In this document: positions 8,623-16,231 of the stretch, piece after piece
Position numbering within the stretch: the first letter of the stretch is position 1
How the letters are laid out: every line of letters begins with the position of its first letter
Assembly (NCBI RefSeq): GCF_000018305.1
Contig: NC_009954.1
Span: forward strand, 1,620,001-1,652,000
DNA from: Caldivirga maquilingensis IC-167
GTDB lineage: Archaea > Thermoproteota > Thermoprotei > Thermoproteales > Thermocladiaceae
DNA length: 32,000 bases
Direction: 5' to 3'
Program-made: the position numbers and the translations under genes
Notes under the pieces: generated by a model
What the model saw: the letters and a program-made list of their open reading frames with translations, nothing else
Databases searched by the model: none
Told to the model about the DNA's origin: nothing

Positions 8623-9339
8623 TTAAGTGACTTCACTTAACGCATTCAAAACCACTGCCCCAACCTTATTAATGATTAATTCAAGCTCCCTACCCTCCAG
8701 GAACCTACCGAACCTACCCTCGGTTAACTTATTTGTAACCACTAAGGCGGCTCCAGTCTTAATCCCCCTTATTAAACCCAGTAGAAATAATATGGCGCAC
8801 TCCATCTCAACCCCAATTACACCCCTTGAGCCAAGCATCCTAGGTAAATCCTCCTCGGCGTAAAAGGCGTCACTACTGTAGATTGCACCAATTATGAAGT
8901 TTAATCCTGAATTCGTGAAACTGCTTATTAACTTAAGTAGAACCTCATGATTAGGCACCGCTGGGTAAATTACACCACTCCCCAGGTACTGTGCGTATAT
9001 TCCACCAGCATTATAACCTGCGCCACTTGGTATTAACACTGTGCCGGGTTCAATGTCATTACGCAGGGCTGCAGCGGTGCCAAGCCTCACTATAACCCGA
9101 GCCCCCATGCTCACTAACTCCTCAATCACTATTGCCGCTGAGGGTGCTCCTATACCGTGGGTTGCAATAGTGATTTCAACACCATTGTATGAACCTGTGT
9201 AGGCTAGGAAACCCCTATTCTCATTAATTATCCTGGAATCCTTAAGCATACCTGCTAATTGCCTTGCCCTAGCTGGGTCACCAACCACTATAACCCTTTC
9301 AGAAACATCACCTTTACTAACCTTTAAGTGTATTGGCAT
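8623..9339 (-). CDS. Nucleoside phosphorylase, NP-I family (DeoD/Udp/hexameric MTAP-like)
   Basis: VGDPARA near the N-terminus, HGIGAPSAAI, RLGT, and VEMECAILF. These are typical of the PNP/UDP-1 family. Confidence 0.8.
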   Translation of the reverse strand: MPIHLKVSKGDVSERVIVVGDPARARQLAGMLKDSRIINENRGFLAYTGSYNGVEITIATHGIGAPSAAIVIEELVSMGARVIVRLGTAAALRNDIEPGTVLIPSGAGYNAGGIYAQYLGSGVIYPAVPNHEVLLKLISSFTNSGLNFIIGAIYSSDAFYAEEDLPRMLGSRGVIGVEMECAILFLLGLIRGIKTGAALVVTNKLTEGRFGRFLEGRELELIINKVGAVVLNALSEVT

Positions 9340-9387
9340 TAAGTCATTAAGTGAGTGAGTTTAATAAGCGTTAACACTGTATTTAAC

Positions 9388-9567
9388 CTACTTCTTAACC
9401 AATTGAGTCCCATCAATCGGGCACTTACCGAAAAGCTTCCTCTCAGCGCACACTACGCAGAATAATGTTCCGCAGCGTGGGCATACGTAGTAATCATCAT
9501 ACATCCTTATCTTAGCACCACACCTACGGCATCTACCTATCACAAGTGTTTTCGGTATGGCAGCCAT
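9388..9567 (-). CDS. Small zinc-ribbon protein (59 aa), absent from the supplied ORF track
   Basis: My translation is MAAIPKTLVIGRCRRCGAKIRMYDDYYVCPRCGTLFCVVCAERKLFGKCPIDGTQLVKK. It has three CxxC pairs plus one more Cys. On the coding strand, TTATTAAG lies about 25-30 nt upstream of the ATG. Confidence 0.55.
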   Translation of the reverse strand: MAAIPKTLVIGRCRRCGAKIRMYDDYYVCPRCGTLFCVVCAERKLFGKCPIDGTQLVKK

Positions 9568-9615
9568 CGTTGGGTTAACCTTAAATGCTTAATAAGTTTT
9601 GCTCAGTGACAATAA

Positions 9616-10749
9616 ATGCGGTTGGCGTTAACGCTACCATGTGGTTCACCAATGGAGCCTATATCATACACTACACCAATCCCCTACATAATCATTGGTG
9701 GGTTACGGATTATTGAACACTGGTTAATTAGACTGATTAATGAAGCTTCAGTGGTGCTTAATGTTGAGCAGACTCACGTCCACAGGAATAGGCTACTGAT
9801 TAGTGAACTAGGGATTCCACTTAACATTGAATACTCCAGTAATGCCGACGCCTACGTTAACCCATGCATAATCCCATACACCAGTAACGTTAAGGCCGTG
9901 GTTAAGCATATTAGTAATAATGAGTCGGTTACATGCGGTGGCTACGATTTAATTAAGATTAAGGATGGTGGAAGAATCATTAATGACTGCAGCATCGAGT
10001 TCATTAAAGGGCCATGGGATATAATTAAGCATAATAATACCCTACTTAAGGAGACAATTGAGGTATTAGCTGGAATCATTGGCTTAAGAGGAAGCGTAAT
10101 GTTATATGGGTCTGAGGCTTCAGGGGATGTTAAGTTCAACACCAGTGAGGGCCCGGTGCTAGTGGTTAAGAGTAGTATTAATGTGCCGGCTTACATTAAG
10201 GGCCCAGCATTAATAGGGGTGGGTACGGTCCTATCCCCCTTCACATACATTAGGGAGGGTACTGTAGCCTATATGGAGGATAGGTTATCGGGGGAGATTA
10301 AAAACTCGTTAATAGACTGCTGCACCTTCAAGGAGCATTACGGTTACTTAGGCGACTCCTACGTGGGTAAGTGGGTTAACTTCGGCGCCGGTACAACGGT
10401 CTCAAATCTAAAGAACACGTTAGGTACGGTTAGATTCAGGGGTATTGATACAGGCATGGTTAAATTAGGCCCAATCATAGGTGACTGGGTTAAGACAGGT
10501 ATTAATACAAGCATAATGACTGGTAAGGCCATTGGCCCAGGCTCCCACGTTTATGGGTTAGTAACAGTGGATACACCACCATTCACCATATACACTGGTG
10601 AATTAATAGCCTTCAATAGGGAGAAGGTTCATGAGGTTATTCTCAAAACAACCCGCAGTAATGAGGAGGCTGAGTACGCATTAAGGATCTACGACTCAAC
10701 ATTAAGCCTAAGAAGCGGCATTAAGATGAGTGGATACAAGTTACCATGA
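9616..10749 (+). CDS. Nucleotidyltransferase-like / left-handed beta-helix (hexapeptide repeat) protein, GlmU/RfbA-like architecture
   Basis: The C-terminal half has hexapeptide-type repeats (VGKWVNFGAGTTVSN, IGDWVKTGINTSI, GKAIGPGSHV). The N-terminus aligns to the sugar-nucleotidyltransferase loop, but the G-x-G-T-R motif is degenerate (LPCGSPMEP). Confidence 0.5.
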   Translation: MRLALTLPCGSPMEPISYTTPIPYIIIGGLRIIEHWLIRLINEASVVLNVEQTHVHRNRLLISELGIPLNIEYSSNADAYVNPCIIPYTSNVKAVVKHISNNESVTCGGYDLIKIKDGGRIINDCSIEFIKGPWDIIKHNNTLLKETIEVLAGIIGLRGSVMLYGSEASGDVKFNTSEGPVLVVKSSINVPAYIKGPALIGVGTVLSPFTYIREGTVAYMEDRLSGEIKNSLIDCCTFKEHYGYLGDSYVGKWVNFGAGTTVSNLKNTLGTVRFRGIDTGMVKLGPIIGDWVKTGINTSIMTGKAIGPGSHVYGLVTVDTPPFTIYTGELIAFNREKVHEVILKTTRSNEEAEYALRIYDSTLSLRSGIKMSGYKLP

Positions 10750-10809
10750 TACATTAATGCGGGTTTAGGAATCCAGTATGCTGCCCCAATAATGGACCTA
10801 AGGGCTTAT

Positions 10810-11286
10810 TTACGTTTTCACAACATCCTTGGCTAAATCAATAATACGCCTAATGTACTCCACATCCTCCTTAATGTGTCTTGGTTTCAGTCTAGCCTCA
10901 TGGAAACCCTCAACATGCAGAAACCACGCGGTCTTCCACCATAACCTAACCTCCTCCTTACCCAGCTTACCGCTTATTGAGTCAACAGCATCAAATAAAA
11001 GTACCGTAGTCCATCTACCCTGCATCTCAGCATTCTTAGCCTCATCTAGGTTTAACGCTACTGCAATTGCCTTAATAGCCTCCTCAGCAGCCTTATAGAG
11101 TTTTTCACTGGCTTGAATAGGATCCTTATCAATGAGGTCCTTGCCCTCATTAAGGAATTTAATGGCTAACTCTAGGTGAGCCTTGGAGCGTTCATTGGGG
11201 TTGAGGTTTAAGGCTTTTGATAATAAGTCAACTAAATCAATACCCCTCCTTAATGCTTCATTAATGAGTCTTTCAGGTAAAGCCAC
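10810..11286 (-). CDS. PaREP1-family protein
   Basis: It shows the PaREP1 helical pattern: ...LELAIKFLNEGKDLIDKDPIQASEKLYKAAEEAIKA.A......GRW.......AV..........W..AW.LHVEGFHE. This family is typical of Thermoproteales. Confidence 0.7.
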   Translation of the reverse strand: MALPERLINEALRRGIDLVDLLSKALNLNPNERSKAHLELAIKFLNEGKDLIDKDPIQASEKLYKAAEEAIKAIAVALNLDEAKNAEMQGRWTTVLLFDAVDSISGKLGKEEVRLWWKTAWFLHVEGFHEARLKPRHIKEDVEYIRRIIDLAKDVVKT

Positions 11287-11359
11287 CAGGTCACTTACTT
11301 AATTCCTAGTTATAAGGCTTCCCTTAATAAGGAAGCCTTAGCTTAAAAACACTGTCTGC

Positions 11360-12274
11360 ATGAGTGGGTTTAATAATTTGGGAAATGGCGGTTCAAGGGT
11401 TTTAGCGGGAATTCTTAAAAATGCTAATTCAATTATTAGTTATATGGATAGCTTAAGACTTGAGGTTAAGATAAGGTCTGTTCCCAAGGATCCTAGGAAC
11501 ATGGTTATTTTAGCCTGCCCAGAGCCTAGTTTAGCCTCAGTGGTTGCCACCGAGTACCTTATAGATACTTTAAAGATGGTTGAGATTGGGGCTATTAGGA
11601 TTAGGGGAATTGAACCAGCGGTCACGGTGATAGATGGTGTGGCCAAGTTACCGTACAGGTTATTCTACTCCCAGGAGAATGGACTCATAGTGGTTAGGCA
11701 ACACATACCAATCCCAATACCAATATATAGGGAATTCATAGATAAGGTAATATCATGGGCTGAGGAGAATGGGGTAAGCAAGGCCGTTTGCCTATCCACA
11801 ATGCCCTCACTAGGCCCCAGTGAAAGTGATAACGTGTACTTCGTTACCGATGAGTTAACGGTAAGTAACTTAACCAACGCAGGCTTCATTCCACTTAAGG
11901 AGACTGTAGTGGTTGGTGTTGAGGCGGAGTTCCTTGATGCAGTATTATCTAGGGGAACCATGAGTGGTATACTGCTTCTAGCTGAGTCAAGATTATTAAC
12001 CTCAATAAACAATTTAGTTAGGAGCGGTAGATTAGCCTCATATAGGGATATTACCTACATACTTAATCAAACAATAGGTAAGTTCGGACCTGACGTAACA
12101 GCAGCCGTGAAGCTGGTTAAGGCTATTTCAAAGCTAGTAAACACTGAGATTAAGACTGATAAGCTTGAGGAGCATGCATCCAAGTACTCATTCCTAGTGG
12201 AGAAGAGTATTGAGGAGTGGGCAAGGAGCTTAACCGCGGAGGAGGGTAAAGGCACCGCACCCTTAGTACTGTGA
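11360..12274 (+). CDS. PAC2 (proteasome assembly chaperone 2)-like / COG1938 family protein
   Basis: The N-terminal core MVILACPEPSLASVVATEYLIDTL....IGAI......PAVTVIDGVAKLPYRLFY resembles PAC2-family proteins. The true start may be the internal ATG at 11444. Confidence 0.55.
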   Translation: MSGFNNLGNGGSRVLAGILKNANSIISYMDSLRLEVKIRSVPKDPRNMVILACPEPSLASVVATEYLIDTLKMVEIGAIRIRGIEPAVTVIDGVAKLPYRLFYSQENGLIVVRQHIPIPIPIYREFIDKVISWAEENGVSKAVCLSTMPSLGPSESDNVYFVTDELTVSNLTNAGFIPLKETVVVGVEAEFLDAVLSRGTMSGILLLAESRLLTSINNLVRSGRLASYRDITYILNQTIGKFGPDVTAAVKLVKAISKLVNTEIKTDKLEEHASKYSFLVEKSIEEWARSLTAEEGKGTAPLVL

Positions 12275-12279
12275 TTGAG

Positions 12280-13104
12280 TCACATTGAGTCAAAGTCAAC
12301 TCTCTCAAAGCCACCCTTCTTAATAACATCCAGGGTACCTAGGAATGTTAAATCCGTTAAATACACCTCAATCCTATCCTGTATACTCCACGGCTCAACA
12401 TACCTAAGTATAGTCCTAGGGGCCTCGAAAACCGTTGTTAAGGTTGACGCCACATCAACACCAATGGTTAGATGATTAGCAGCAGGTAAAACAATAATGC
12501 TCAACTCCCCGCCCTCAAGCTCCCTGCCGTACAACCTCTTACCAAGCTCACCCTTATCAACCTTAATCTTCAGTATTGCAGGCCTCTTAGTTACGAAGCC
12601 ATGCTCATCCTGAATAACCACGGCTGGGTGGGTGTGACCCATCACTAGGACATCAGCCTTCTCAAAATCCTCAATACTAGGCTTTGAGTTACCGTGCAGT
12701 AGTAGGGCGTTCTTACCGTTTAAATTAACCATGAAGCCCCTTGAGTCATGGAACTTAACGTTACTTAACCCAATACTATTAACCACCTGCTCCAATCCAC
12801 CATCATGATTACCAGCCACTAATACAACCTCCTCGAAGCTCTTCGACAGGTTCTCTATGAATAACTTAACCTCATTAATTGATTCAATAGGGTAAGGTAA
12901 CTCATGCTTAACATCACCAAGAATCACAACCCTACTAGCCCCCTCCTCCTCAGCCCAGGAAACAATATTACTCACTATCCTACCCGTCTGAATAGGTACC
13001 CTAACCCCCTTTCCCTGGAGTTCAAACTCCATACCAACGTGAGTATCTGCAAGTATCAGCCACTTATCACCATTAATAACAGCGCTAATCCCCCTCTTAT
13101 CCAC
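12280..13104 (-). CDS. Metallophosphoesterase (ICC-like, COG1407-type)
   Basis: Calcineurin-like phosphoesterase motifs occur in the expected order: ADTHVG, ILGDVKHE, GNHD, LLHGN, GHTHP. Confidence 0.85.
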   Translation of the reverse strand: MDKRGISAVINGDKWLILADTHVGMEFELQGKGVRVPIQTGRIVSNIVSWAEEEGASRVVILGDVKHELPYPIESINEVKLFIENLSKSFEEVVLVAGNHDGGLEQVVNSIGLSNVKFHDSRGFMVNLNGKNALLLHGNSKPSIEDFEKADVLVMGHTHPAVVIQDEHGFVTKRPAILKIKVDKGELGKRLYGRELEGGELSIIVLPAANHLTIGVDVASTLTTVFEAPRTILRYVEPWSIQDRIEVYLTDLTFLGTLDVIKKGGFERVDFDSM

Positions 13105-13286
13105 AGGCTTAACTCACATAAACTGGTTTAATTTACCTTTCCCGCCTAACCCGAACCCGCTGTTTAAGCTCACTGAAGCGCTTCACATAAAGTATTTTAC
13201 GGACACTCATTGGTAAGCCTAATCAAGATTTCACCACTAGCCTATTAGTGAGTATTAACCCCAAGGTGTAGTATTAGAGTATACTC

Positions 13287-14402
13287 TTACTCAATCCACT
13301 TATTATTATGAATCTTATCCAGCAGGTACTCGTGTAGGAACTTTAATCCATGCGTCGACAACGCCTCAATCTCAACCTTCTTCCTAGTTCTCAGGAATAG
13401 GTCCAGTTCCCTCTTCCATTCATGACTCTGGAACCATGGGTACTTCTTAAGTTCCTGAGCCCTTTTAATATCCCTATCAGTGGCCTTTATTACGTAATTA
13501 TCACTGATCTTATACTTACTTATATCGCTTGCAGTCACCCCAATGAATTTAGCATCAGGGGTGGCTAACCTCTCATTCTCGTAACTCAACTTTATTGAAC
13601 CACTCCTGTATACACTGTAAATGTACCATCCGTATGGGTCCCCATCAGTGAAGACGTAAACCGGTAAACCGTAATCCTCACTAAGCCTCCTAACGAACCT
13701 CCTAGTAGCCCTATCGGGCATACCCTTAGCGGTAACCAGTAGGCATTTTTCACTATTCCAGTAACCCTCCCTATTAAGCCTTTGGAATATTGCATCCTTC
13801 TCAACCACTAAAACATACTTAGCATCCATTCTAACGATATCTAATTCATCTGGATTCGGAGGTAGGCTTAAGGCTGTATCACCCATTTTTGTCGCATCTA
13901 TTTCGAAACCCTTTGACCTAACCACAATGGGTCCAACAACCTTACCCTTAACATCAGCGGACACACCCATCTCCTCCCTAAGCACACCTGTGGCAACCTC
14001 AATATCCTCTATTACTGCATTGGACTCAGACTGCTCATCCCACGTATTCTCCCTAAATGACTTACTCAACTTAGGTTCATTAAGCTCCATGGTGTGTTTA
14101 CCATTATAGTAAAGGTCCCTTATGGTTGGGTAAACGTTCTCCTTAATTGATTGAATAATGAGCTTAAGCATCAGTGTAGTCTGCATAAAGCGCTTAGCCT
14201 CATTTAAATCCAGGAACCTCCTCTCAATAGCCTTAGGCCCCAGTACCAGTATCTTCCTCTTCTCATCCCATATAATATTAGTTAAAGTCCTAGCAGGTAT
14301 ACGCATCACCGGCTCCTCACCCTTATTAATGTAGTCAACAATAGACCTACCCCAATCCTCAAGAACCTTGAGTGCTTCACCCCTATCCTTAACCATACTC
14401 AC
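13287..14402 (-). CDS. top6A: DNA topoisomerase VI subunit A (Spo11-like)
   Basis: RDLYY (catalytic Tyr region), VLVVEKDAIFQRL, TAKGMPDRATRRFVRRL, and the Toprim motif VFTDGDPYGWYIY. Confidence 0.95.
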   Translation of the reverse strand: MSMVKDRGEALKVLEDWGRSIVDYINKGEEPVMRIPARTLTNIIWDEKRKILVLGPKAIERRFLDLNEAKRFMQTTLMLKLIIQSIKENVYPTIRDLYYNGKHTMELNEPKLSKSFRENTWDEQSESNAVIEDIEVATGVLREEMGVSADVKGKVVGPIVVRSKGFEIDATKMGDTALSLPPNPDELDIVRMDAKYVLVVEKDAIFQRLNREGYWNSEKCLLVTAKGMPDRATRRFVRRLSEDYGLPVYVFTDGDPYGWYIYSVYRSGSIKLSYENERLATPDAKFIGVTASDISKYKISDNYVIKATDRDIKRAQELKKYPWFQSHEWKRELDLFLRTRKKVEIEALSTHGLKFLHEYLLDKIHNNKWIE

Positions 14403-14477
14403 TCCCCATATGCACCACTGTTATTAAACCCATCGCTAATTAACAGTAGGCATAAGGCTTAAAATTAAGGAGGGAAA

Positions 14478-15011
14478 GTGAGTGCAATGGCATTATACAC
14501 GCCGTGGAGAATGGATTACATAACCGGGGCTATTGATAATAAGGAGTCGGGATGCTTCATGTGCAGGGCCGTTAACAGTAATGATGAATTAGTAGTCTAT
14601 AGGGGTAATTACTGCATAGTGATAATGAATAAGTACCCTTATAATAGGGGTCACTTACTCATAGCCCCTAAGAGGCATGTACCGGGTATAGTGGATTTAA
14701 CCGATGAGGAGTTGATGGAGTGCGCAATGTTGATTAAGGCATCCACCTGCGCGTTAAGTGAATTACTTAAGCCAGTGGACTTCAATATTGGTGTTAACGT
14801 GGGTAGGATTGCCGGTGCCGGTTACGAGGAGCATGTTCACTTCCACATAGTACCTAGGTGGAATGGTGACGTAAACAGTATCCCAGTTAAATACACCCTT
14901 GATGCGGTTATTAATGACATTAAGGAATTAATACCAGAGTTGAGCAAACTAATGAGGAGGTGCATGAGTAATGATGGTGGTGGCCCAGAGGTTCATACCA
15001 ATAAGGGTTAA
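14478..15011 (+). CDS. HIT-family nucleotide hydrolase/transferase
   Basis: The histidine triad HVHFHIVPRW is present. The N-terminal PWRMDYI and the NKYPYNRGHLLI motif are typical of the HIT/Ap4A-phosphorylase-like branch. GTG start, preceded by GGAGG. Confidence 0.88.
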   Translation: MSAMALYTPWRMDYITGAIDNKESGCFMCRAVNSNDELVVYRGNYCIVIMNKYPYNRGHLLIAPKRHVPGIVDLTDEELMECAMLIKASTCALSELLKPVDFNIGVNVGRIAGAGYEEHVHFHIVPRWNGDVNSIPVKYTLDAVINDIKELIPELSKLMRRCMSNDGGGPEVHTNKG

Positions 15012-15027
15012 TGTTGGACCAGTTACA

Positions 15028-15219
15028 ATGGGTACCGGCATTAACCTAGATGACTTCCTAAGACGCGTAAACACTGCTGTTAATGAGATTGGTAAGGAGT
15101 TAGCAACCAAGGGGAATATTAAGACAATGGGCTTCACCATGACTCAAATAACGGTAAGCAACATTGATGGACTCCTAATAGTGGGCTGGGCATACTTAAC
15201 CAATGACTCGCAATCCTAG
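15028..15219 (+). CDS. Hypothetical small protein (63 aa from ATG 15028; 82 aa if it starts at 14971)
   Basis: ORF only, and I recognise no motif. The longer version would overlap HIT by 41 nt. Confidence 0.3.
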   Translation: MGTGINLDDFLRRVNTAVNEIGKELATKGNIKTMGFTMTQITVSNIDGLLIVGWAYLTNDSQS

Positions 15220-15254
15220 GCTCAATAGTAAAGCCACCTATTGATAATAAAGAA

Positions 15255-15262
15255 TTTTAAAA
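15255..15262 (+). promoter_or_regulatory. TATA-like element (TTTTAAAA) upstream of the MNT-like/HEPN pair
   Basis: It sits 20-27 nt upstream of the GTG at 15282, in an AT-rich spacer. Confidence 0.4.
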
Positions 15263-15281
15263 AAGCCTAAAAACCAATACT

Positions 15282-15866
15282 GTGGCACTTGTAATTAACC
15301 TAAGAAGTGATTGGTGGCTTAGCCTCTATGAATTTACCAGAATCCTTCATCATAAACTCGGTGATTCACTAATCATGGTTATTGGATCACAGAACGGGGA
15401 ACCAATACTTAATGATACGAATACTTTAGTAGTCGTCCGTAGCATTGATGATAATGTTAAATTAAGCGCCGCTGAAGCTGCATTGAAAGTTAATGATAAG
15501 TTTAAGAACACGATAAGTTACATGATAACGACTGAAGATGATAAGGAAACAATAAGTAAATTCATTCATATATCTCCTGAGGATTGGTCGGATTATGAAG
15601 ATGCATTACGTGAATTCAAACAGTTACTTAAAGAGAATTTAGGGGATGAGCTTACTTCAATCATTGCACTACCTAAGGGTATCTTCATTAATGAAAGTAA
15701 TGTACTCGTAATCGTTAATGAGATTAAAAATGATGTAAGACTTAAAGTTGCTAAGGCTGCATTAGAGGTTAATGATAAGTTTAAGAGCACTATAAGCTAC
15801 ATGATAGTAGATAAGGGAGACCATGACATCATATCCAAGTTTAGGGAAATCGGACAAGTTAATTAA
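15282..15866 (+). CDS. Tandem-duplicated minimal-nucleotidyltransferase (MNT)-like protein lacking the catalytic DxD motif
   Basis: Two repeats of about 93 aa. R1 is ..EFTRILHHKLGDSLIMVIGSQNGEPILNDTNTLVVV...AALKVNDKFKNTISYMI...ISKF. R2 is ..EFKQLLKENLGDELTSIIALPKGIFINESNVLVIV...AALEVNDKFKSTISYMI...ISKF. Both align to the bona fide MNT in this window (VYLFGSVAEGTYTLSSDIDVLVV). GS is kept only in R1, and DxD is replaced in both copies. Confidence 0.6.
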   Translation: MALVINLRSDWWLSLYEFTRILHHKLGDSLIMVIGSQNGEPILNDTNTLVVVRSIDDNVKLSAAEAALKVNDKFKNTISYMITTEDDKETISKFIHISPEDWSDYEDALREFKQLLKENLGDELTSIIALPKGIFINESNVLVIVNEIKNDVRLKVAKAALEVNDKFKSTISYMIVDKGDHDIISKFREIGQVN

Positions 15867-16176
15867 GGAGGCGCAGTTGGATTTAGAGGTAGGAAATCTC
15901 AACAAATGTGCGTCTGCGAGTTACTTTTCAGTGACAAGAGCTGTGGAGAAGCTACTGGAGAGGGCACGTATGAACGTACCCAGGAGGGATGATGAGTTGG
16001 CTAATGTACTTAAGCACATGGGTTACACTGAAGAGGCTGTGTTAATGCTTTACTTATATGAGATGAGGAAGAGAGCTGATTATACTGATTACGAAATAAC
16101 AATTAAGGAAGCACGTAAAGCCTTGGAGATAGCTATAAGATTAAGGAACCTAATTATACAAATCATGACGCAGTAA
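15823..16176 (+). CDS. HEPN-domain protein (COG1895-like)
   Basis: A four-helix pattern: ...CASASYFSVTRAVEKLL......LYEMRKRADYTDYEITIKEARKALEIA. It resembles the HEPN consensus (a.s.aYYA...a..aLL ... R..aDY .... t.eeA). It overlaps the upstream MNT-like gene by 44 nt. Confidence 0.6.
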   Translation: MTSYPSLGKSDKLIKEAQLDLEVGNLNKCASASYFSVTRAVEKLLERARMNVPRRDDELANVLKHMGYTEEAVLMLYLYEMRKRADYTDYEITIKEARKALEIAIRLRNLIIQIMTQ

Positions 16177-16194
16177 TTGATAATGCCCGGTGCG

Positions 16195-16199
16195 TTTTT
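16195..16199 (+). terminator. Oligo-T run downstream of the HEPN gene
   Basis: TTTTT begins 19 nt after the stop codon. Archaeal termination commonly uses oligo-T tracts. Confidence 0.3.
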
Positions 16200-16231
16200 A
16201 ATTCGAGATTTACCGATGGGTAAAAGGATTA

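Noticed and set aside
12274-12292. Tandem 9-mer ATTGAGTCA-c-ATTGAGTCA at the convergent PAC2/phosphoesterase junction.
   Set aside because: It is short, partly coding (the C-terminus ...FDSM of the phosphoesterase), and single-copy. It cannot be distinguished from chance.
13105-13286. GC-rich stretch cccgcctaacccgaacccgctg examined as a possible tRNA fragment.
   Set aside because: No cloverleaf-compatible acceptor or T-arm pairing could be drawn on either strand.
13174-13287. Two 12-bp palindromes (TGAAGCGCTTCA at 13174-13185 and AGAGTATACTCT at 13276-13287) between top6A and the phosphoesterase gene.
   Set aside because: Both are exact, but they are short and isolated. They could be a terminator hairpin or an operator, yet nothing in the sequence favours either. 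They are noted only for anyone mapping transcripts here.
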